Below are positions 54,997 to 64,000 of a stretch of 64,000 nt of DNA, one piece after another. Each line of letters begins with the position of its first letter. Positions within the stretch are counted from its first letter, which is position 1. Made by a program: the position numbers and the translations under genes. Source of the stretch: Octopus sinensis (lineage: Eukaryota); the NCBI RefSeq assembly GCF_006345805.1, contig NC_042998.1, positions 13,950,001 to 14,014,000 on the forward strand. Direction: 5' to 3'. The notes beneath the pieces are model-generated. The model saw only the letters and a list, made by a program, of their open reading frames with translations, was not told where the DNA came from and searched no databases.

Positions 54997-55226
54997 TTTC
55001 TTTATTACCCACAAGGGGCTAAACATAGAGGGGACAAACAAGGACAGAAAAACGGATTAAGTCGATCACATCGACTCCAGTGCGTAACTGGTACTTAATT
55101 TATTGACCCCCGAAAGGATGAAAGGCAAAGTCGACCTCGGCGGAATTTGAACTCAGAACGTAACGACAGACGAAATACGGCTACGCATTTTGCCCGGCGT
55201 GCTAACGTTTCTGCCAGCTCGCCGCC
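54997..55226 (-). mobile_element. SINE family A, full length with TSD
   Basis: Full homologue; flanked by AACACTAAATAYATAT (about 54979-54996 and 55229-55244). Confidence 0.9.
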
Positions 55227-57279
55227 TTAACACTAAATATATATAACTCTTCAACGATGGATGGGTGACTTGTTCAGTGGAATTGTTGAACTTCCGTTCT
55301 CTTATATGCCATGGGAATGGAGATGACCTCTGACTAAATGAGCCTAATGAGCCTGAAGACTTATATAAAATGTCTAATAATAATAATAATGTGAGGGAAT
55401 AAATTATTATTCCAACCTTACAGGTAAAATTCAGTATAATTATATTATACCGAATTTCGTAATATATAATATATAATATATGTATATAACAAATTTAGAG
55501 ACCAACCACCATTCGACAACTCAGCCAATGAAGAACCCGTTCAGAACCATCAAAGGTCTAATATAAAAGACCGTGCGCAACAAAATTTGATGAATTAGAA
55601 AATTTAATTGAGGCATTAAACGTCACCTCTGGTATGACACAAAGGAAATTCGGAAAAAGTTATTCACACAAATGTATCCCTCTGTTCAATCTTAATTCCA
55701 ATGGATTATTATCTGTCTCTCAGCCATATCTGTTATATTTGTACTTTCAGAAAATTACGGTGACTCAAAATTTCTTATAATCGGATTAAAAAGATAATTT
55801 TTAAAAATGTAATACAGACCGATGCATTTTGTAGATAAAAATTATTTTAAAGTGAAACAGGATACACTCAAAATCTGGAAATCCCTGCGCACGTAAATTC
55901 GCTTTTCGTAAATTGTTAATAGTCTGCTTGGTCGACTCTAAAATGTGGAATATATTGAAGTGAATTAGCCCCAGGAACATACCTAGCTCTATCGTTATTT
56001 GTAAGAAGACATGAAATGTAACGACAGCCGTGTGAAACTTGGAATCTATTTTCTTTTAACTAGCAATCTATCACTTTATATATTCCGACATTCACAGTTT
56101 TAAAATGCAATAAAAATATATTTACAAGACTTAAAGACTATACCATTCTGAATGATATTTTGCAAAATGTATTAAAATATATTATTTAGGAATGGACCTC
56201 CCCGGTTTCAAATCGGGATGGTTTTGATATCATTCCAATGCATTTCAGAAAAATACAAATTCCTCCAAGATTTTCGTATATTGTATACATTTTACAATGG
56301 GTAGCAAGAAATTATTTTTGCCTGTTGTTGAACAGTTAAAAATTACTTATATTGTAAATCTACCCTCAAGGATCAAAATGAAACATTATTCATAGACGTT
56401 TCAAATATTAGTCATAGAGTAGGACTAAGTTATTTAGTTCAATTGAGATTTCTCTGAGATATTTAGAATCACTATTATGCAAGCAATTTAGACGTAGTCT
56501 ACTAAGTTCATGAAATATTAGTGGTAATCATCGTTCGCTTAGCTATTGTTGATATTGTCCGTGATATTGATAATGCTGTTCGTAATTTCGTTGATGATGA
56601 TAATAACGATAAATGAAATGCTGATGAATAAGACAGAAAAAGAGAAAAGAATTTGAGTGAAATCAAAGTCGTTGATGATGTCGAGGAAATATAAAAGAGT
56701 TGTGTAGTAATGTTTCTGTATAAATAAATTGTGAATTATTCATCATATGTTTGTTAAGTTCTATTTATTCTAAAAAATTTACCCTTGGGTTTAAAGTTAT
56801 TTATTTTCATGTTCAGAAGTGTCACGGTGGATAATGTCTGGTCCTAGTATTCGTTGTCACAAAACCCTTGTTTCAAATTCTGACGAGGTCACTGCATATA
56901 TTTGTGCTTTAATCTATATGGTTTGTGAAAATATCCATTTTTAACCTTCTTATGTTTTTGAAATATTGAAGGCTTAACCTTACACCCAAGTATATTAGTA
57001 ATTGAAGTATTGTATTTCATTTTCCTTCTTCCGATAATGGAATGCCATCCAAGGGGAAATAAACGACGAAAAACGCGATTTTCTTTTTCTTTTAAAGAAA
57101 CGAAGATGAACGATGCAAGAGGAAAAAGATGAGGTGAGGCGCATATAGTCACAGGAACACTTTAAAATCGCAAAAGAAGAGTGATGGAGATAAGATGTAG
57201 ATATGTGTGAGAAAGTGGGTAGTGAAGAGGAAAACGAAGCAGAGAATATGGAAGGGTAAAATGTAGAGAGGGCAGGAGT

Positions 57280-57522
57280 GAAGAAGAAGAAGGAGGAGGA
57301 TGGGAGGAGGAGGAGGAGGAGAAGACGTAGAAGAAGAGAAAGAAGGAGGAGGAGGAAACGTAGAAGAAGAAGAAAAAGGAGGAGGAGGAGAAGGAGGAGA
57401 AGAAGACGTAGAAGAAGAGGAGAAGGAGGAGGAGGAGAAGACGTAGAAGAAGAAGAGAAAGAAGGAGGAGGAGGAGAAGAAGCAGAAGAAGAAGCAGAAG
57501 AAGAAGAAGAAGAAGAAGACGA
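57280..57522. repeat. Compound (AGG)/(AGA) purine repeat
   Basis: Directly visible, with recurring ACGTAGAAGAAG punctuation. Confidence 0.9.
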
Positions 57523-58362
57523 CAAAAAGCATAGAATGGAAGATTTTGTGTAGGCAGATGCGATTAAGTATAAGGAGAAAACGACGCTAATGCAATGAGT
57601 CACCAAGGGATAGAGAGAATGATGTCGTAAAGGTAGAGTTTATTATGGATAGACATAGAGGGGACAATGTAATAGAAAAAAGAGAGGTGTAACTTGGAAA
57701 CTATACTTTAGATGATGGCAACGAATGTGAGGCATATAGAAAGGGGAAGCAAAGAAGAATGATATAACGGCTAAAGAAAAAAAACAAAGAAAGAAATACT
57801 GGAATACGAAAAAAAAAGAAGAAAAATGTGAAATGCAGACATAAGAAAAAAAAAAACAGTTGTGCAAAGAAAAGGTTATTTAATGATTAGTAGAGAGTAG
57901 AACAGGATACAGTTAAAAACTGTAGAGAAATAAGAGGAAAGAGAGAGAAACCAAGAATGGCTGTGTGCGAAAAAGGTGTATGCGGTCAGCATAGAATATT
58001 CAAATTCAGAACGCCATATATCACAGTCAGTCGTTACTTTGACACATAATTCTTGTGTTCCTTATCAGAAGAATGATTTCAAGATGGCAGAAAAATATAA
58101 CATTATGGTGATGAATTGCTCTGAGTTCATTGCATGGAATCTAATGCATCAGCCATCAGCTTCCGTGAATGTTGTCTTGCTAAATATTGGTGAAAAAGAA
58201 AACGAAACCAGATCGTACACAACACACTGAGAGAACTCATACAAAACTATATACACACATGCCATACATATACGCACACATACATGTTTGTATTTATGCA
58301 TATAGATATATATGCATATATATATGTATGTGTGTCTGTATAAGTATGTGCCTGCATGTGTG

Positions 58363-58442
<80 letters not shown>

Positions 58443-58555
58443 TATATACATACGTGCATACATATATACATTATACATACATGAATAATGAATATTCGCA
58501 AAAATATATAGACGAGTGAAAATATATGTGAAATACTCATACGTTTATATATATA

Positions 58556-58613
<58 letters not shown>

Positions 58614-58811
58614 TATGTGTGGGGAGAGTGAGCGACTGCGTGTGTGTATGTGTGAGTGTGTTTGTATGAGTGAGTGTGTGTGTAGAGAGAGGGAGTGAGA
58701 GAGAGAAAGAGAGAAAATAAGGGAGACCAATATATGTATCCTGTATCTATATCTAGTAATACTCTTATTCACAAATATGTCTAAATATATACAAATATCT
58801 CAATATAGATA

Positions 58812-58893
<82 letters not shown>

Positions 58894-59194
58894 GCGAATG
58901 GAAATATGTATAGAGAGAGCGGTGGATAGGGAAACAGAGGCATGTATACTTGCGTAGATAAATAATCATAATATAGAAAATAAAGGAGCGTATTAGAAAG
59001 TGTTTGTGTGAACGCGGGATATGAATGTACAGATATGCGGCAAAAGCAGAGAAGCCTTAGATAAAGGATACGCCGTATAATGCATTCTGGATAGACAATA
59101 TCAGGAAAGCGCTAGTGGATGGTTTTATAATAGGCCTGCTCGATCAAGGCTGACATTTGTAGAAACAACATTTATTCGTCCTTACCGTTTGATG

Positions 59195-59247
<53 letters not shown>

Positions 59248-59268
59248 ATATATATATATTATATATAT

Positions 59269-59310
<42 letters not shown>

Positions 59311-59365
59311 ACTATATATATATATATAAATATATGTATCTGTATATATATATATCGAAATATAA

Positions 59366-59412
<47 letters not shown>

Positions 59413-59444
59413 CATATACATATATATATATATATAGATATATA

Positions 59445-59494
<50 letters not shown>

Positions 59495-59930
59495 TTATAT
59501 TCGATACGTAAGTATATGTTTTATATATGTATGCTCGTGAATATGTGCTTGTGAGTATATGTGTGTGTGTTCTCTGAGCGTGTAGAGAGAGGGAGAGAGA
59601 AAGAGAGAGAGATAGAGAGAGAGAGGGAGATTATTTAATGTATTTAAAGAAAAGAATGAAGGAATGAATGAATGAATGGATGAAAGAATGAATGAAAGAG
59701 AGCAAAATAGTGAAAAACGAAATAAAAGCTTAAAATAAAAAGGAGGAAAGCAGAAGAGAGCCGGAAGAAATGATAAAGAAAGTGAGACATGAGAGAGAAT
59801 AGATTGTTTTAGTTGGTATTGGTAGTTGGAAAGGTTTTCCATGGCTTGCAGTACACATTAAGCTAGAATTACAAGAATTACATTGACAACTCAAAGACTG
59901 GTGTTAATTGAATACCCTTCTCATCCTACG

Positions 59931-60047
59931 CTTCTTCTTCTTCTTCTTCTTCTTCTTCTTCTTCTTCTTCTTCTTCTTCTTCTTCTTCTTCTTCTTCTTC
60001 TTCTTCTTCTTCTTCTTCTTCTTCTTCTTCTTCTTCTTCTTCTTCTT
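59931..60047. repeat. Perfect (CTT)n microsatellite
   Basis: Directly visible. Confidence 0.95.
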
Positions 60048-60221
60048 TGTGTTTGGTTTCTCTTTTTGTCCTTTTTTTTTTTTTTAGAATCATTTTCTTT
60101 CTTTTCTCCTTTGTTTCGCTTTAACCTCTGTATTGTCCTTAAGGTAACATTCCTCTGATCAATTGTCGTTACTGAATAAAATCCTATACTGAATGATGAT
60201 TGGTTTGTGTGTGTGTGTATA

Positions 60222-60274
<53 letters not shown>

Positions 60275-61283
60275 TGAATGCGTATGTGCGTGTGTGTATC
60301 TATGTACATGCGTGAGTGTGCCAGTGTGTGTACGCGCCGGCGTTAAAACAAAGATAATACCACGTGAAATTTAAAGTCTTGCGCAGATAGGTGAGATCGA
60401 TGTCAGAGCTATTCACTTTAAAGTCCTGTACGTAGAAAGTAGAATATTTCTATACAAGGATGGCTTTCCTATGATACAAAACGCTTTGTGCTACGAAGAA
60501 TTTTTAATGCTTTTGACTGAAGGTTCACTACTTAGACGCAGTAGGTCACATAAGTGCAGAGGTTACAGAATGTCATGTTTTCTTCTTTTTTTTTTTTTTT
60601 TTTTTTGCTTTGAATTGACAATAAACATGCAAATTCAGAAAAGAAGCACCATAAGTGAGAGAGTGAAGAAATTTAGAAGGAAATCTATTGTACGCGTGTA
60701 CGTATGCGTCTCTAAATGTGTGCGTGTATAGACTAATTTTTGTAGTGTATATTCAAAATTTTGTATTTTCTTTAATGATTAAGTGTGAATGAATGAAATG
60801 TGTGGAATTTGTTTACAAGAATTGAAATTATACGTAGATGCAATGTCAACAAGTAGCTGATGGCATTTTGTTCAGCACATTTTCTATTCTTCAACTATTC
60901 GACTCAGTGCTTTCTAATAGATAATGAACTTAAAGTTGTAGTAACTCAAAGCAACGAACTTTGAAAGAGAAAATATGCGACAAAAGTGACACAAAATCTC
61001 AACAAATACTATTGCGATCCTCAGAGGAAATTAGATCTCAGAAAATATAGCATCAGGACAGAATAAAGCAAGTTTAGCTTTCCGATATTCTAAATACACA
61101 ATATGTTGTTTTGTTTAATCGTAATATCAACCCGTCAGTTTGATTGCGCGGACCAACCTGACTACCTTTCTCCATCCTTCTCAATTTTCAATTAGGTTTT
61201 CAATTTTGCGTCCAACATATTCTACAAGGTGTTGTAGTACGTCTTCTGTGGTCTTCCGGCCGCTGTGGTATCATGATTTGGGA

Positions 61284-61700
61284 GGCGGCGAGCTGGCAGA
61301 ATCGTTAGCACGCCGGGCGAAATGCTTTGCGGTATTTTGTCTGCCGTTACGTTGTGAGTTCAAATTCTGCCGAGGTCGACTTTGCCTTTCATCCTTTCGG
61401 GGTCGATAAATTAAGTACCAGTTACGCACTGGGGTCGATTTAATCGACTTAATACCTATGTCAGTCCTTGTTTGTCCCCTCTATGTTTAGCCCCTTGTGG
61501 GTAATAAAGAAATAGGTATTTCGTTTGCCGCTACGTTCTGAGTTCAAATTCCGCGCGGTCGACTTTGTCTTTCATCCTTTCGGGGTCGATTAAATAAGTA
61601 CCAGTTACGCACAGGGCTCGATATAATCGACTTAATCCGTTTGTGTGTCCTTGTTCGTCCCCTCTGTGTTTATCCCCTTGTGGGTAGTAAAGAAATAGGT
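61284..61700 (+). mobile_element. SINE family A dimer
   Basis: Full unit plus a head-truncated unit joined at AAATAG|GTATTTCG (about 61515). Confidence 0.88.
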
Positions 61701-63814
61701 ACCATGATTTGGTGTCCACAGCAACACATTACTCACTGGTTCTTTATTACTTTCTCAGCAGTGGCCAACAAACTACACAATAATACTTTCTCGTATAGGT
61801 GCGAAGCCTGAAATTTTGGGAAGAAAAAAGTAGTCGATTACATCGAATCCGAAACTCAAATGTTATTAATTTTATCGACGGCGAAAGGATGAAGGGTAAT
61901 TCGATCTCGATAGAATTTGACCTCGGAACGTACAGCCGGAAGAAAAACCACAACGCATTTTATCCACGTGCTAACGACCCCACCAGATCACCGCCTTATA
62001 CTACATAAATAATAGTGGTGTAAATATTTGGCACAAGGCCAGCAATTTCAGAGGAGGGCGTAAGTCGATTATATCGACCCAATTGTTCAGTTGGTACTTA
62101 TTTTATTGAACCCAACGTGATCGGCGGAATTTCAAATGAGAATGTACAGCAGGAAGAAAAGCAACATTTTTGCACAGGGCCAGAAGATTTTAAGGGCAAA
62201 GAAAAATCGATTACATCGGCCCAAGTACTTGAATGGTGCGTATTTTATCGACCGTTGCAAGGAGGACAAAGAAGAAAAACAAATCAATCTTGGCGGAATT
62301 GGAACTGAAAGTGTAAAGGCAGACGAAATAACGCTACGATTTTTGCCCGTCGTACTAATGATTCTACCAGCTCGATACCTTTACGATGAATCTAATAAAA
62401 TTTTCTAATATGAGGATAAGGTCAAAACAGGAGATAGAGAAAAAAGAGAGTGAATGGGGAAATTATCCCATGAGATCCAGACTATTATCCTCTTCTTTAA
62501 ATTATCGAAACGAAAAGAGGGAAGGCAAGCTGACCTCAAGAAATAAGTGTTATAACTAAATTCCACGAGTTATTTTCTCCGACGAGTCATTTGCTCCAAC
62601 GCGTAATTTGCTCTCACCTTACGGCTACTTCAACATCATCTTCGTATACATGATACAAGTTCTTGACGGAGGTACAGTGCCAGAAAATTCAGATAAGAAA
62701 TACAGTAACTGATATCGCACCTAGTATTTGACAGGCACTTTATTTATGAACACCCAGGTACAATAGGCATATTTGGTTTGGTTAGGATTTACACCCAAGA
62801 TTTAAAGAGAATATAGGGCAAAATTGCTTATCTTGTGCTCTAGTACTTTCGCTAATATTTCGCCTTCAACACGTAGAAGATAATGATTTCTAATTTAAGA
62901 AACCGGTCAGCAATGTTTAGAAGAGAACGTTAGCCGACACCATCAACTTCGGTAGTTGAGAAGTACTTTATTTTAGCGAAGAAGAATGCATGAATTGCAT
63001 GTGACCTGGTCAGAATATGAACTCAACAAAAGAGCTAGAACAGATAAGAAAATGCTCTTTTATTTGACTTTATAACGAATTAGCCAATCCACCGCCTCAT
63101 ATATTTTTATCAACTATAAACACAATACTCGAACTCTAGTGGCAGGAAAACAGTCGATTATATTGACCCTAGGATTCAAATGGGGCTAATGTCATCAGCC
63201 TCCAAAGTATAAAAGTCTTAGTCGACTTCGATGAATTAAATTCAGGCAAAATGTTAGCAGTAACAAATAGAAACGCACTGAAGTTTAGCAACAACTTATA
63301 AAATGGTTAAGAAATATAGTTTCTTATACATCTATCTAGACACTGTTATGCTGCCATAAAGCAAAAAAAAAAAAAAATGTAACTGAATGATATTTGTTCG
63401 ATTTTTGTTCAAATATATATTCTCATCGTTATATGCCCCCTTCTGATTAACATCACAGTAGCGACACGTTTGGCAACAAATGGAAACAAAAACAATTTTT
63501 CTTCCTTTATTTCTATTATAACTTACTAAAGTTTGGCCACAGTTCAGCACTAGTGGTAAAACATTCATTCATACTTTAAGTACACCAGACGTCCAGTCTG
63601 TTAATAAGATTTTGTTTTTTTATTCTTAGGCAATTTTTCAGGAAAAAAAAATCTATCAGAATAAAAAATATGGTTCGATATAAATATTGCACTGATAAGT
63701 ATGAAGTTCTCAATAGACTAAAAAATGTTAATTTATTTATATTATAATACATTAAAAGTAAATCATAATACATGATATAAGTTGCCGGCATCGATTATAC
63801 TCAAGGAAATATTG

Positions 63815-63866
<52 letters not shown>

Positions 63867-63877
63867 GTAGTAGTAGT

Positions 63878-63915
<38 letters not shown>

Positions 63916-64000
63916 TTGAGTGAGAGAGCAGAGCATGTCATCAAAGTGATACTGGGTACAAATATACGAAGCCCAGTATACCTATCATGACTACCCGTCT
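63916..64000 (-). mobile_element. 3' end of the 12790-13315 repeat family (cut by window edge)
   Basis: Reverse complement matches about 13208-13293; followed by an (ACT)n/(AAT)n tail at 63815-63915. Confidence 0.8.

Overview
AT-rich animal non-coding DNA packed with microsatellites and retroposons. The SINE families and repeat landscape suggest an octopus genome (inference). No intact protein-coding gene is supported, and nearly all listed ORFs are microsatellite or SINE translations. Recognisable content: a disabled intronless Rab21 retrocopy (43970-44616) inside a chimeric insertion; RTE-type LINE fragments, one with a twin-priming-like inversion and a 14-bp TSD; a decayed Penelope-like GIY-YIG endonuclease fragment; a mariner transposase remnant; a non-autonomous Helitron; a hAT MITE with an 8-bp TSD; and many tRNA-derived SINEs. 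The main highlight is a set of small non-coding elements inserted in (TA)n tracts that carry type I minimal hammerhead ribozyme motifs (1096-1138, 3914-3948, three copies in 9901-11100, degenerate at 42496-42519). The 9901-11100 element is a tandem plus inverted array of a 445-nt unit, as expected for a Penelope-mobilised retrozyme that could produce a circular RNA. SINE and decayed-element boundaries are approximate.
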